Positions 43,452 to 54,124 are shown, counted from the stretch's first letter. The stretch is 64,000 nucleotides of DNA from an uncultured Candidatus Saccharibacteria bacterium (GCA_964642305.1 CAZXOE010000002.1:50300-114299); one strand, 5' to 3'. Numbers and translations are program-made. Notes: generated from the letters alone by a model not told the origin.

Positions 43452-43907
43452 ATGTATATCAACAAAGCAATGGTTTACGGCAACTTGACTCGCGATCCTG
43501 AAATGAAGGCGATTCCGTCAGGTCAGCAGGTGACGAGTTTCAGTCTTGCGACAAATCGTGTCTGGAAGGACAAGAGCGGAGCAAAGCAGGAGAGTGTGGA
43601 TTATCACAATATTGTGATGTATGCAAAACTCGCGGAGCTCGCTCATCAGTACTTGAAAAAAGGTTCGGGTGTGTATATCGAGGGTCGCATGCAGACGAGA
43701 AGTTGGGATGATGCAAGTGGTGTTAAAAAATACCGAACAGAGATAATCGCAGACTCAATGCAGTTCGGACCTCGCGCAGGTGGCGCTACAGGAGGAAGCA
43801 GTAACGCACCAGCTAGCTCAAAGGCTACTCAAACTACAGCACATGAGCCACTTGAAACTATTGAGTATCCGCAGGAAGATATCAATCCAGACGACATCCC
43901 CTTTTAG
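43452..43907 (+). CDS. ssb: single-stranded DNA-binding protein
   Basis: OB-fold core and a C-terminal DDIPF tail. Confidence 0.85.
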   Translation: MYINKAMVYGNLTRDPEMKAIPSGQQVTSFSLATNRVWKDKSGAKQESVDYHNIVMYAKLAELAHQYLKKGSGVYIEGRMQTRSWDDASGVKKYRTEIIADSMQFGPRAGGATGGSSNAPASSKATQTTAHEPLETIEYPQEDINPDDIPF

Positions 43908-44051
43908 AAAATCAATGAGCGAAGCGAATATGATTTTCTTATCCGCCTAAGTTTTCGAATTAACAAATTCGTGGCTCTGCCATAAACTTTTATTTGAAAA
44001 ATTTTGGTGGGTGGGGAGGTCCAGTCTAGCCATATCAATTAAAAACAAACT

Positions 44052-44261
44052 ATGAAAAAGAACACACAATGCTACTTTACGACAAACAACGTTAAGCTTA
44101 TCGACTACAAAGATGTCGATATCCTAAAGAAGTTTCTCACTCCTCATGCTCGTATGATCGGTGGCGGACGCACAGGCGTATGCTCAAAGCATCAACGCCA
44201 GCTCGCGTCGGCAATCAAACGCTCACGTTTTATGGGGCTTCTTCCATTCGTTGCGAAGTAA
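44052..44261 (+). CDS. rpsR: 30S ribosomal protein S18
   Basis: CYFTTNNVKLIDYKDVDILKKFLTPHARM is the S18 signature. Confidence 0.85.
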   Translation: MKKNTQCYFTTNNVKLIDYKDVDILKKFLTPHARMIGGGRTGVCSKHQRQLASAIKRSRFMGLLPFVAK

Positions 44262-44357
44262 CAAGCACAAAAAATCCTCGAGACAATGTCTCGGGGATTT
44301 TTTGTGCTTGTTTTGAGCCCGCACTCGCTTTCGACTTTAAGACTTGTGACTTTCTGA

Positions 44358-44933
44358 CTATTTTTTGTCTATTCTTTCCGCATACGTCCCAGTTTCTGTA
44401 TTTACACGAATGAGATCTCCTTCATGAATAAACATCGGCACATTGATAGTCGCACCAGTCTCGAGGGTTACAGTATTTGAACCGCCAGACACGGTGTTGC
44501 CACGAACTGCTGGAGGAGCCTCACTTACAAGGAGCTCAACCTTAATAGGGAGCTTAACCCCAATAACCTTCTCATCAAAAAGCATTGCAGTAACGAGAGT
44601 GTTTGCTTTAAGAAATCCCTCCTTTCCGTCGAGAATTTCCGTCTTGAGGGCGAAGCGGTCTGATGGTTTCTTTGGATCGCAGAACCATGATTCGCCTTTG
44701 CCAGAGTAAAGATATTTGATTTCTTTTGTCTCGATATCAGCCTCCTCTGCTCGGTCTGATTGCTGAAAAGTCTCTTCCACAACACGCCCAGTAACGAGGT
44801 GTTTAAGTTTGGTCTGGTTGGTAGGGCGACGCTTTTGCTTCTGCGCAACGTGCGAGGACATAACTATGTACGGCTCGCCTTTCAAAACAATACACTTCCC
44901 GGGTTTAATTTCATTGTAATCAATAATTGCCAT
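44358..44933 (-). CDS. efp: elongation factor P (non-canonical modification loop)
   Basis: EF-P over its full length, but the loop reads VAQKQKRRPTNQTKL instead of VKPGKGQAFARVKL. Confidence 0.85.
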   Translation of the reverse strand: MAIIDYNEIKPGKCIVLKGEPYIVMSSHVAQKQKRRPTNQTKLKHLVTGRVVEETFQQSDRAEEADIETKEIKYLYSGKGESWFCDPKKPSDRFALKTEILDGKEGFLKANTLVTAMLFDEKVIGVKLPIKVELLVSEAPPAVRGNTVSGGSNTVTLETGATINVPMFIHEGDLIRVNTETGTYAERIDKK

Positions 44934-44971
44934 AATCTGCCTATTTTACTGGTTTTCAGAGAAATAGCAAA

Positions 44972-45997
44972 CTACTCCGCTTCTTTTAATTTCGCGCGGA
45001 TTTCCTTCAGAATGGAAGCGCGTACCACCTTATTCTCTTTGTCTGCAAGAAATATACACGCTGAATCATAACCGCGACCGATTTTTATATCGCCATAAGA
45101 GTATGAAGAGCCGGACTTCTGTAAAATCTCAAACTTTTCTCCGAGACCTAAAATCTCGCCTTCTTGTGAGATGCCTTTGCCGTGCATCAAGTCAAACTCC
45201 GCCTGTTTGAATGGCGCCGCAACTTTGTTCTTAATAACCTTTACGCGAGTGCGACTCCCCACCACTTCCTCTCCTTTTTTAATCTGCGCAATACGACGAA
45301 TATCCAAGCGCACTGATGTATAAAACTTAAGCGCCTTACCTCCCGGCGTTGTTTCCGGGTTTCCAAACATCACACCTATTTGCATACGAATTTGATTTAT
45401 AAAAATAACAATTGTTTTAGAATTGGCAACTATTGCGGTGAGCTTGCGAAGCGCCTGTGACATTAAACGCGCCTGCTTGCCAACATGATGCGCGCCCATA
45501 TCTCCCTCAATCTCGTCTTTTGGAGTGAGAGCCGCTACAGAGTCTACAACAATGACGTCAATTTTTCCTGATCGCACAAGGCTCTCCACTATCTCAAGCG
45601 CTTGCTCTCCTGTGTCTGGCTGAGAAATGAGAAGTTCATCAATATTTACTCCGAGCTTTTTTGCATACTCCGGATCCATAGCGTGCTCTGCATCAACAAA
45701 CGCGCAGATGCCACCCATTTTTTGCGCTTCAGCAACGACATGAAGAGTGAGCGTCGTCTTCCCAGAAGACTCTGGCCCAAAAATTTCAACGATACGTCCG
45801 CGTGGGAGACCACCAACACCAAGTGCGTAGTCCAAACCAATGGACCCGGTTGAGATAGCATCCACCCCAACTTTTGGCTTGTCGCCGAGCTTCATAATCG
45901 CGCCTTCGCCAAACTTTGCCTGGATCGATCTTATTGTATCCTCAATGTTTCCACCAATCTCTTTTTTTTCCTTTGCTGGTTTTTTTGCTAATGCCAT
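44972..45997 (-). CDS. recA: recombinase RecA
   Basis: GPESSGKTT Walker A; canonical RecA sequence throughout. Confidence 0.95.
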   Translation of the reverse strand: MALAKKPAKEKKEIGGNIEDTIRSIQAKFGEGAIMKLGDKPKVGVDAISTGSIGLDYALGVGGLPRGRIVEIFGPESSGKTTLTLHVVAEAQKMGGICAFVDAEHAMDPEYAKKLGVNIDELLISQPDTGEQALEIVESLVRSGKIDVIVVDSVAALTPKDEIEGDMGAHHVGKQARLMSQALRKLTAIVANSKTIVIFINQIRMQIGVMFGNPETTPGGKALKFYTSVRLDIRRIAQIKKGEEVVGSRTRVKVIKNKVAAPFKQAEFDLMHGKGISQEGEILGLGEKFEILQKSGSSYSYGDIKIGRGYDSACIFLADKENKVVRASILKEIRAKLKEAE

Positions 45998-46127
45998 GGT
46001 TGATTTTTAAGGAGCATAGCGACTATAAAAATCACCACCCCGTTAAATAATTTCGCTTTGCGAAATTCCTGCTCTGCAGGATTTAACCGGGGTAAATAAC
46101 CCTAGTGTCACCTCGTCCTTTATGTTA

Positions 46128-46601
46128 TTAAAAATTATTAATCGTGCCCGATGCCTGCCCCGTAGGAAGTAGGCCTTTTGTGTCCGTTAGTTGTTCCAGC
46201 GGGGTCGTCGTTGCAGAAATTGTTCCCTCTGTTCTTCCCGTTCTCTCAGTTGCCCCTGTTCCCACCAAGTTCATCTCTATCGTTTTCTCAACAGTTCTCT
46301 CGTAATTATCTTTTGCGGTAACCCTAATTATATTATACCCAGGAGCGAGTATCAATTGAGCGCGAAAGTTACCAGCTAGATCAACAGGCGTCTGAGTGCC
46401 GTTTATTGAGAGGTTATTTGTATGGATACCGCGACCAATGACTACAATTGCGGGTGTTGTCGTTGAATACCCATTTAGGGGACTTTCAATGATAATTCTC
46501 GGGCCACGAATATAGTCATTCAGGACAAAATATGAATAGCCAATCACTATTATTGTTCCAAGTATTGCGAATGTCCGTTTTAGTATTGTTCTGCCGTCCA
46601 T
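46128..46601 (-). CDS. membrane-anchored hypothetical protein
   Basis: 157-aa ORF with an N-terminal TM. No motif recognised. Confidence 0.35.
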   Translation of the reverse strand: MDGRTILKRTFAILGTIIVIGYSYFVLNDYIRGPRIIIESPLNGYSTTTPAIVVIGRGIHTNNLSINGTQTPVDLAGNFRAQLILAPGYNIIRVTAKDNYERTVEKTIEMNLVGTGATERTGRTEGTISATTTPLEQLTDTKGLLPTGQASGTINNF

Positions 46602-46635
46602 GTGTTTATCGAGGGGAAATACGATGCCTAATGCG

Positions 46636-46693
46636 TCTTTGCGAGTACTCGAAGCAATCTACAGGTTCTGGATTGCTTCGAGTACTCGCAAAG
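46636..46693. repeat. 58-bp hairpin (23-bp stem) at the 3' end of ftsK, member of a dispersed repeat family
   Basis: tctttgcgagtactcgaagcaatc-tacaggttctg-gattgcttcgagtactcgcaaaga. It shares CGAAGCAATCTACRGGTT with 41925-41945. Confidence 0.6.
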
Positions 46694-46708
46694 ACCAGGT
46701 GGCGAGTC

Positions 46709-49018
46709 TTACACATCAGTCGCGCCCCCCGCCTTCTCAATCACCTCGCGCGCCTTCGCTCCATCCCCTGGCCCAATGACACCTCGCTCCTCAAGCATAT
46801 CAATTAGTCGAGCGGCGCGCGCGTAGCCCACCTTGAGGCGTCTTTGGAGATACGAAGTAGACGCTTTTCCTGCCTCAATAATTATCGCGCGCGCATCCTC
46901 ATACAAGTCATCATCATCGTTGCCATCACCCTCCTCCTCAAATGACGAGCTAAATATAGAATCACGTTCGTTGCTAATGCTTCCGGACGACAAATTTATT
47001 TCATCTGTGTCTGGCAGACCGTCGGTCGGCATATTAGCCAAATACTTTACAACTGTCTTCACCTCTGTTTCCGACATAAAGGCCGACTGAATACGGGTGG
47101 GCTTGGACATTTCACCAGATATATAGAGCATATCACCAGCACCAAGAAGCTTCTCAGCTCCAGATGCGTCCAAAATAGTACGAGAGTCAATTTGTGATGA
47201 CACTTGCAGAGCCACACGCGCAGGTACGTTTGCCTTGATGAGGCCCGTGATGACATTCACAGACGGACGTTGTGTTGAGAGAATGAGGTGAATACCCACC
47301 GCGCGACTCATTTGCGCTAGGCGCACAATAGCGCTTTCAAGCTCACGAGGGTATGCCTGCATAATATCCGCAAGTTCGTCCAGGATGATGACAATATAAG
47401 GCATACGCTCCGGCATTCCTGCGTCTGCGCTCCCACCCAGTTCTTCCTTTTCCCCTCGTGCACCCTTGTTCTTCTCGTTCTTCTTGAGCGCAACTTCAAG
47501 CACGTTTTTATGATACGAAGAAATGTCACGCACAGACTCCGCTTCAAGTACATTATAACGGCGGTCCATTTCTTTTGCCGCCCACTTAAGCGCGAGAATT
47601 GCTTTTTTCGCGTCTGTAATTACTGGTGTAAGCAAATGGGGGATTTTGTTGTAGAGAGTAAGTTCAACACGCTTTGGGTCTATCATAATAAAACGCATCG
47701 CTTCCGGTCCATTTCTAAAAAGTAAAGAGTTTACAACTGCATGAATTGTTACAGATTTTCCAGAACCAGTCGCGCCGGCGATTAGCACGTGAGGCATTTT
47801 TGCCAGGTCCGCATAGTAGAGCTTCCCAGAAACACCACGTCCGAGTGCCACAAGAAGAGGCTTTGCAGAATTACGATATTCGTCCGAAGAAAAGAGTGTC
47901 TTGAGACCAACAACAGTTTTTGTGGAGTTTGGTACTTCAATGCCCACGAGCGACTGCCCTGGGATAGGCGCTTCTATACGAATAGGGTGAGCAGCGAGCG
48001 CGTACGAGAGCTCGTTTTGAAGTCCAACGATGCGCGCGAGCTTCACACCTTCTGCTGGTTTCAACGCGTAGCGTGTGACAGACGGCCCGATAGAAACCTC
48101 GTCCATTTCAACAGTGATACCGTACTGCGCGAGTGTTCGTTTTATGATGTTTGCATTTGCTTTAATGTCTCCGACACCTGGCTTGCCACGGTCTCCTTCA
48201 AGTATCGAAAGCGGTGGGGGAACATATGTTGTGTTCATCACTTGGTTCATTGAAATACCCGACTCGTCTGCTGGCGTGATATCCTTTTTGATCTTTGCGA
48301 TGACCTGAGCTATCTTCGCAGGCTTTTCTTCTTCCTCAGTTTCTTCTTTTTTTACTTCATCATTATTTGTTTGTATCGCTACTTCCTCGTCAACGTATTC
48401 ATCCTCACCATCTTTCTTTCTCCAGAAAAGCAGAGTGCTAAAATCTGGCTTCGCATTAAACATCACAAGGAATGATATAGAAAGAAATGCAATTAGAAAT
48501 AATGTCGCTATATAAGTATCAAAAAGTTTAACAAGCGGAGAAGAAACAATTTGCCCTAGTATTCCTCCAGACATATCTCCTGAAAATATATTCACAAGAC
48601 CAAGCATAGAAAAAAGAAAAAGAAACGCGCCTATGCTCGCGGTAACAGCAATATTCGGTCGTGACTCGCGGAAAAAAGAAATACCAAGAAGAAATAGTAG
48701 GAGAGGGAGAGCAAAGTATCCGACACCCAAAAGATATTCAAATCCGTTGTAGACTTTTCCACCAAGTAACCCCGCATAGCCCCAAGGAGCGACAGAGAAA
48801 AAGATTCCAACTACAAAAAATAAAATCGCTATTACACTATGGCGTATCTCGTCAGAAAGTCCACCAAGGAAAGAGATACCTCTAAACAAAGAAGCTCCTT
48901 CATTAGAACCTTTGATTATTTTTTTAGGAACCTTTTCGTCATTCTTTCTACGCCCATTCTTTTCTTTCTTTGCCATATGAGTATTGATATATAGTAACAG
49001 ATAAAAACATTCCTCCAA
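46709..49018 (-). CDS. ftsK: DNA translocase FtsK/SpoIIIE
   Basis: N-terminal TM block, Walker A GATGSGKS, and a C-terminal gamma winged helix (YARAARLIDMLEERGVIG). Confidence 0.85.
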   Translation of the reverse strand: MEECFYLLLYINTHMAKKEKNGRRKNDEKVPKKIIKGSNEGASLFRGISFLGGLSDEIRHSVIAILFFVVGIFFSVAPWGYAGLLGGKVYNGFEYLLGVGYFALPLLLFLLGISFFRESRPNIAVTASIGAFLFLFSMLGLVNIFSGDMSGGILGQIVSSPLVKLFDTYIATLFLIAFLSISFLVMFNAKPDFSTLLFWRKKDGEDEYVDEEVAIQTNNDEVKKEETEEEEKPAKIAQVIAKIKKDITPADESGISMNQVMNTTYVPPPLSILEGDRGKPGVGDIKANANIIKRTLAQYGITVEMDEVSIGPSVTRYALKPAEGVKLARIVGLQNELSYALAAHPIRIEAPIPGQSLVGIEVPNSTKTVVGLKTLFSSDEYRNSAKPLLVALGRGVSGKLYYADLAKMPHVLIAGATGSGKSVTIHAVVNSLLFRNGPEAMRFIMIDPKRVELTLYNKIPHLLTPVITDAKKAILALKWAAKEMDRRYNVLEAESVRDISSYHKNVLEVALKKNEKNKGARGEKEELGGSADAGMPERMPYIVIILDELADIMQAYPRELESAIVRLAQMSRAVGIHLILSTQRPSVNVITGLIKANVPARVALQVSSQIDSRTILDASGAEKLLGAGDMLYISGEMSKPTRIQSAFMSETEVKTVVKYLANMPTDGLPDTDEINLSSGSISNERDSIFSSSFEEEGDGNDDDDLYEDARAIIIEAGKASTSYLQRRLKVGYARAARLIDMLEERGVIGPGDGAKAREVIEKAGGATDV

Positions 49019-49030
49019 AGCCTATATTTT

Positions 49031-49180
49031 CTAATGGACACTGGCAATCATTGACTTTTCTCAAATGTCCGTTATATAATGGACAAACATTACGAAGTTC
49101 GAGATAAAGGACATATTCTAAAAAAAGCACGAAATAAAGGACACCTTAAAGACACACAATGGACTACAATAAGGACATCA
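49031..49180 (+). promoter_or_regulatory. promoter (TTGACT-18-TATAAT) with a periodic array of AAGGACA / ATGGACA repeats
   Basis: GGACA cores at 49036, 49081, 49109, 49139 and 49173, spaced ~28-45 bp, spanning the -10 box, the leader and the first codons. Confidence 0.45.
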
Positions 49181-50031
49181 AAGACAATAGGCTCGTGAGC
49201 CATACACCGACCAACGGAGCGCTTGTTTTTGGTGCTACTATTTCAAAAAAGTGTGAGCGCCTTGCTACCGCAATTTACCTCGTTACCAATTTTCTATCGG
49301 ACACAGAGCCGATGAAGCCCCGCCTTCGCTCTCTCTCGCTAGAGCTTGTCCGAGACGCGTCTCTCGTGAAAAACGGGAGTCAGGCAATGGAGGCAAATGT
49401 CCTTGAAGCGCTCCGCGCGAATATTCTTGAAACACTTTCTTTGTTTGAACTCGCATTTATTGCAGGCTTAGTATCCGAGATGAACTTCACTATTTTGAAG
49501 AGGGAATACGTTTCGCTTAGGGACATGATTGAGGTGAAAAAAGCATCTCGCGAGTCGCATACAGACAGCATCCTTGGTGACAACTTTTTCAGCGTATCGA
49601 ACCCAGAGCCCCTAAGGTCAGACCTTAAGAATTTGAGCCCAAGGTCGGACCTTTATGCATCCTCAGCAACCCGCACCCCCGCCTCCCCTAAAGGACATTC
49701 TATAGGACAAACAGTTATCACAATGTCCGATAGAAACACAAAAGGACAATCCGTTTTAGTGCATCCGTCTTTGCGAGGAGGTACTCCGACGCGGCAATCC
49801 AGCACCCCATCATCCACTCCCCGCGCAATCACAGATGTAGCAAAAGAATCTCGCCGGTCACGCATTTTAAAACTTGTAAAAGACAATCGTGAAGTTACCA
49901 TAAAGGACATTGCAAATCATTTTGCGGACTTATCAGAAAAGACAATTCAGCGTGAACTTATGTCCTTTGTAGAACGCGGTGTCCTTAAGAAATTTGGAGA
50001 ACGTCGCTGGTCACGTTATTCATTAGCATAG
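49159..50031 (+). CDS. hypothetical protein with a C-terminal winged-helix (DeoR-like) DNA-binding domain
   Basis: C-terminus RILKLVKDNREVTIKDIANHFADLSEKTIQREL. Low-complexity S/T/P-rich middle. Confidence 0.4.
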   Translation: MDYNKDIKDNRLVSHTPTNGALVFGATISKKCERLATAIYLVTNFLSDTEPMKPRLRSLSLELVRDASLVKNGSQAMEANVLEALRANILETLSLFELAFIAGLVSEMNFTILKREYVSLRDMIEVKKASRESHTDSILGDNFFSVSNPEPLRSDLKNLSPRSDLYASSATRTPASPKGHSIGQTVITMSDRNTKGQSVLVHPSLRGGTPTRQSSTPSSTPRAITDVAKESRRSRILKLVKDNREVTIKDIANHFADLSEKTIQRELMSFVERGVLKKFGERRWSRYSLA

Positions 50032-50040
50032 CGGATATAA

Positions 50041-50107
50041 TAAGGCCCGGCCTCGGATACCAGAGCATAACCAAGGCCCGGCCTCGGGTACTCTCGAGGC
50101 CGGGCCT
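50041..50107. repeat. REP-like GC-rich palindromic doublet (AAGGCCCGGCCTCG...)
   Basis: aaggcccggcctcgg ... aaggcccggcctcgggtactctcgaggccgggcctt. Related to the palindromes flanking RAYT #2. Confidence 0.6.
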
Positions 50108-50869
50108 TATTATCCACACCTTACTCTCATCACCACTTGCTTGTTTCTTGCCCCATTTTCTGCTATTATATACCCGTGTGGAGAGGTTGGTAAGTATCGT
50201 TAAATGTGTCTGCATTCCGCATCCACTTTCAACTTCGAATCAGCTGATTCGTGGCTCGGCCATGAAAACTTTCAAGCGACTAGTTTGGAAGTTATCCACA
50301 CATATACTTTGCAGGTTAATCTTGCACCGTATATAATGTATGTAAGTTCAGTGCGTAGATTAATTTCTGCGTTACTGAATTTAGGCGTAGTGAATGTGTC
50401 CGCACATTTGCGCGTCATTAAAATAGAAACTCCCGGCTTACGATAGATTGCAAGCAAGGGGAGAGTCCATTGAAAACTAGGTCCGTTGCGAAAAGATATT
50501 CGCTGTATCCAAGGACTGCCATTGGGTACCCTCAAGGGCAGTCCTTGGATATCTTCTCGCACCGGATCTTGCATAGAAAACATATCTCACAATTAGGTAT
50601 GTTCTCATTGTTTGCTCGCATCTGCATTCTTGTCAGTTGCGAATCAGCTGATTCGTGTCTTGGACATAAAATTGTCCAGGTCAGTTGTCAGATGTATTTG
50701 CAAAGCAAATTTCTATGGCCTCGATCCGTGTGGTCGAAGCACTACCGCATGACCGACAAAACGACAGAATAAAAAAAGTTCACTTAATTAAAGTGTGCAC
50801 GAAAACCTTCCTCAACTGCAAAGACGAAGAGGGAGCACACTGTGCGATTAGAAACATATCAATTTATTT

Positions 50870-53800
50870 ATGACTACAATTATTTCATCAAAGTCTGCAA
50901 AAATTACTGCAGGTTTGGTAGGACTTATTGCTGGTGTTGCAATGTTTGCAATCACAGCTCAAGCCGCTACATTTACAACAAACCTAAAGCAAGGCAGCAC
51001 AGGTGCTGATGTAAAGAACCTTCAAATGGTTTTGAACATGAGCGCTGACACACAGGTTTCAGTATCAGGTGCAGGTTCACCTGGTAACGAAACTTCATAC
51101 TTCGGTCCTGCAACAAAGGCCGCAGTTGTAAAGTTTCAGAATAAGTACGCATCAGAGATTCTTGCGCCAGTTGGTTTGACCAGCGGTACAGGATACGTTG
51201 GTGCGTCAACACGCGCAAAGTTGAACACAATGGAAGGAGGTTCAACAACAAGCATGGTTCCTGGTTGTACTTCAACAGTTGGCTTTAGCCCAACAACAGG
51301 AGCTTCATGTGCTTCAGGAGTAGTGACAACAACTACTTTAGTTCCTGGTTGTACTTCAACAGTTGGCTTTAGCCCAACAACAGGAGCATCATGTGCAACA
51401 GGTGCTGTAACAGCATCAGGTCCAGTATCAGCATCACTTGCAAACGACAACCCTGCAGCATCTGCAGTTATTGCCGGACAAGCAACTGCTGATCTTCTCC
51501 ATGTTGCTTTCACAGGTAACGGTACAATCACCAACGTTAAGTTGATGCGTACTGGTATCTCAGCAAACACAACTCTTTCAAACGTTTACCTATACAATGG
51601 TAACACTCGTTTGTCTGACGCTGCTTCGGTGAACAACACAGATAGCACAATCAGTTTCAACGGTCTTAACCTTTCAGTTAATGGCTCACTTACACTTTCA
51701 GTGAAGGCTGACATCGCAGCAGGTACTGCAGGTCAGATTGTTGGTGTAAATCTTATTGGTTACACAACATCAGGTAGCGGAGAGACAACTGCAAATATTT
51801 CAGGTAACTACATGAATATTGCATCAGCACCATCAACAATGACTGCTGCTACTGCAGCTGCAAACACTGTAGGTTCTACCGCAACAGTAAACGCTGGAAC
51901 AACCGGCTTTACATTCTGGTCATCTCCAGTAACTGTAACAAACCGCCTCGGTCTTCTTACAGGAGCTAACTTCAGATACGTTGGATCAGCTCCCGCAGAT
52001 GCACTTGAGAATATTCGCCTTTACGTGAACGGTGTTGCAGCAGGCGCTACAGGTGTTTTGAACACATCAACGAACCTTGTTTCGTTTGATTTTGCTTCAA
52101 GCCCAGTAACATTGAACACCGGTGCTTCAACAATTGATGTTCGCGCTGACGTTGTAAAGGGCTCAAATCGTACAATTACGATTTCTCTTGCAAACGCTGC
52201 CGACCTCATGATCCGTGATTCACAGCTTGGTGTAAACGTTGCAGTAACAAACAACAGTTCAACAGGAACTACTGTTACTATTAACCCAGGTTCAGTTACA
52301 GCATCCGTAGACTCAACATACAATGCAACAACAGTGGCAGGCGGTACAACCGGCGCTATTGTAGGGCAGTACACATTGAAGGCTTACGGTGAAGATGTAA
52401 AGGTAGACACACTTAAGGTTACTTTTGCTACAACTTCAGCTATAACAACACTTGACAACGTTGCGCTTTACGCAAACGGTGTACAGGTAGGTTCATCAGC
52501 AAACTTCCTCGGAACAGCTGCTCTAACCTTCACTTTGGGCTCATCTCTTATCCTTCCAGCCAATACAACTGTAACTCTTACAGTTAAGGCTGATATGATA
52601 GACAGTACAGGGTCTGCATACACATCAGGTACAGTAGCTACAGTACTTGGAGGTGTTGCAAGCAATGCGCAAGGACAGAGCTCATTTGAAACTCTTTCAG
52701 TAGCAAGTACTGCTATCACAGGCAACACTCTTACTGTAGGAGCTAGCGCAGGTACGTTTGTTCGAACCTCAGGTTTCGTAACATCAACATCCTCACCTAA
52801 TACACAGAATGTAAAGATTGGATCGTTTACGCTCCAAGCTGGATCAACTGAAAGTATTAGTGTAACAAGTATTGGTGTTAAGCCTACATTAGGTGGATAC
52901 AACGGTGGTACAGCAAACGCTATTACCAACTACAGTACACTTACTGTTAAGAATGGTTCAACAGTTCTTGGAACTCCAGTTGGTAACCCAGCTGCAGCAA
53001 CATCAACGTTCTCATTCAGTGGTATCAACATTCCTATTAACGGATCAGTTACATTTGATGTATACGCCGACATTGGAGGCGCAGCATCATCAACAGCAAA
53101 TCCTACTATCACTGCAGACATGGCGGTAACATACCGAGGTGCTGTAAGCAACACAACAACAACCTCAGCAGCTGCTGGCGTTGCTATTGCTTCAGCTTCT
53201 GCTACTTTGGCGGCTCCAACATTGGTGTCATCATCAGCAGTTGCGCAGTATGTAGTAGGTGGTTCATCATTCGGTATTGCAACCTTTAAGTTGTCAACAG
53301 CCGCACAGGGAACATCAGCTACAGTTAACAAGCTTGCGTTCGCAACTACAGGACAGGATGCTATTGTAAGCATTACTGTAGGTGGCGTTACACAGGCGGT
53401 AACAGGATCAGGTGCCTCAGCAACAACAACAATCTCAGGTCTTAACATCAATGTTCCTTACACAGGTGTTGATGTGCCTGTAACCGTTAAGTTCTCTGGT
53501 TTCCTCGGTTCAACAACAGGTGGTTCACTTTCATCTGGTATTGCTTCAACACTCGTAACACTTAGTTACGTAGAAGGAACATCAGGTACAGGTGCAGCTA
53601 TCACTTCTTACTCACCTGTGTCTTCAAACACAATGATGTTGTACGCCTCAAAGCCTACGGTTTCAGGGCCTTCATCATCATCAGGTATCCTTTCATCAGG
53701 TGTACAGAAGATCGGAGAGTTCACAGTTGCGGCTGACACCAACGGCAAGATTGCTGTTGCGACAACCTCAATTACGTTCTCAACATCAACAACTGGAACA

Positions 53801-54124
53801 ATTAACGTAACAGACGTTAAGCTTTCAGATGACGGTGGTTCTACAGCAATTGCAAACTCAAACACTGTCGCTGCACCACTTTCTGGAACAGCATTCACAA
53901 TTGGGTTTACAACACCTTACGAAATCTCAGCAGGTACTTCAAAGACCTTCTCGATTTACGCTAACGTGACTGGTGCATACGGAGCATCTGGAGTAACCTC
54001 ACTTTCAACCGCGCTTACCTCTGCTGCAACATTCCTTTGGAATGATGTAACTACAGGTTCAACTGGTTTGACAGGAACAGGTATTCAGAACTTTGGTGTA
54101 GGTGCATACACTCTTAGAAACTAG
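50870..54124 (+). CDS. cell-surface protein: N-terminal TM, peptidoglycan-binding domain, two Cys-pair repeats, long Ser/Thr/Gly/Ala-rich beta-rich region
   Basis: The N-terminal ~110 aa are paralogous to the 7126 protein (LKQGSTGADVKNLQMVLN...YFGPATKAAVVKFQNKY). Confidence 0.6.
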   Translation: MTTIISSKSAKITAGLVGLIAGVAMFAITAQAATFTTNLKQGSTGADVKNLQMVLNMSADTQVSVSGAGSPGNETSYFGPATKAAVVKFQNKYASEILAPVGLTSGTGYVGASTRAKLNTMEGGSTTSMVPGCTSTVGFSPTTGASCASGVVTTTTLVPGCTSTVGFSPTTGASCATGAVTASGPVSASLANDNPAASAVIAGQATADLLHVAFTGNGTITNVKLMRTGISANTTLSNVYLYNGNTRLSDAASVNNTDSTISFNGLNLSVNGSLTLSVKADIAAGTAGQIVGVNLIGYTTSGSGETTANISGNYMNIASAPSTMTAATAAANTVGSTATVNAGTTGFTFWSSPVTVTNRLGLLTGANFRYVGSAPADALENIRLYVNGVAAGATGVLNTSTNLVSFDFASSPVTLNTGASTIDVRADVVKGSNRTITISLANAADLMIRDSQLGVNVAVTNNSSTGTTVTINPGSVTASVDSTYNATTVAGGTTGAIVGQYTLKAYGEDVKVDTLKVTFATTSAITTLDNVALYANGVQVGSSANFLGTAALTFTLGSSLILPANTTVTLTVKADMIDSTGSAYTSGTVATVLGGVASNAQGQSSFETLSVASTAITGNTLTVGASAGTFVRTSGFVTSTSSPNTQNVKIGSFTLQAGSTESISVTSIGVKPTLGGYNGGTANAITNYSTLTVKNGSTVLGTPVGNPAAATSTFSFSGINIPINGSVTFDVYADIGGAASSTANPTITADMAVTYRGAVSNTTTTSAAAGVAIASASATLAAPTLVSSSAVAQYVVGGSSFGIATFKLSTAAQGTSATVNKLAFATTGQDAIVSITVGGVTQAVTGSGASATTTISGLNINVPYTGVDVPVTVKFSGFLGSTTGGSLSSGIASTLVTLSYVEGTSGTGAAITSYSPVSSNTMMLYASKPTVSGPSSSSGILSSGVQKIGEFTVAADTNGKIAVATTSITFSTSTTGTINVTDVKLSDDGGSTAIANSNTVAAPLSGTAFTIGFTTPYEISAGTSKTFSIYANVTGAYGASGVTSLSTALTSAATFLWNDVTTGSTGLTGTGIQNFGVGAYTLRN

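Noticed and set aside
50040-50870. Chromosomal origin of replication (oriC)
   Set aside because: Only two DnaA-box 9-mers, no dnaA/dnaN nearby, and the same 11-mer recurs at four other promoter-proximal sites. Better explained as a promoter-associated motif plus repeat debris. Cannot be excluded without GC-skew.
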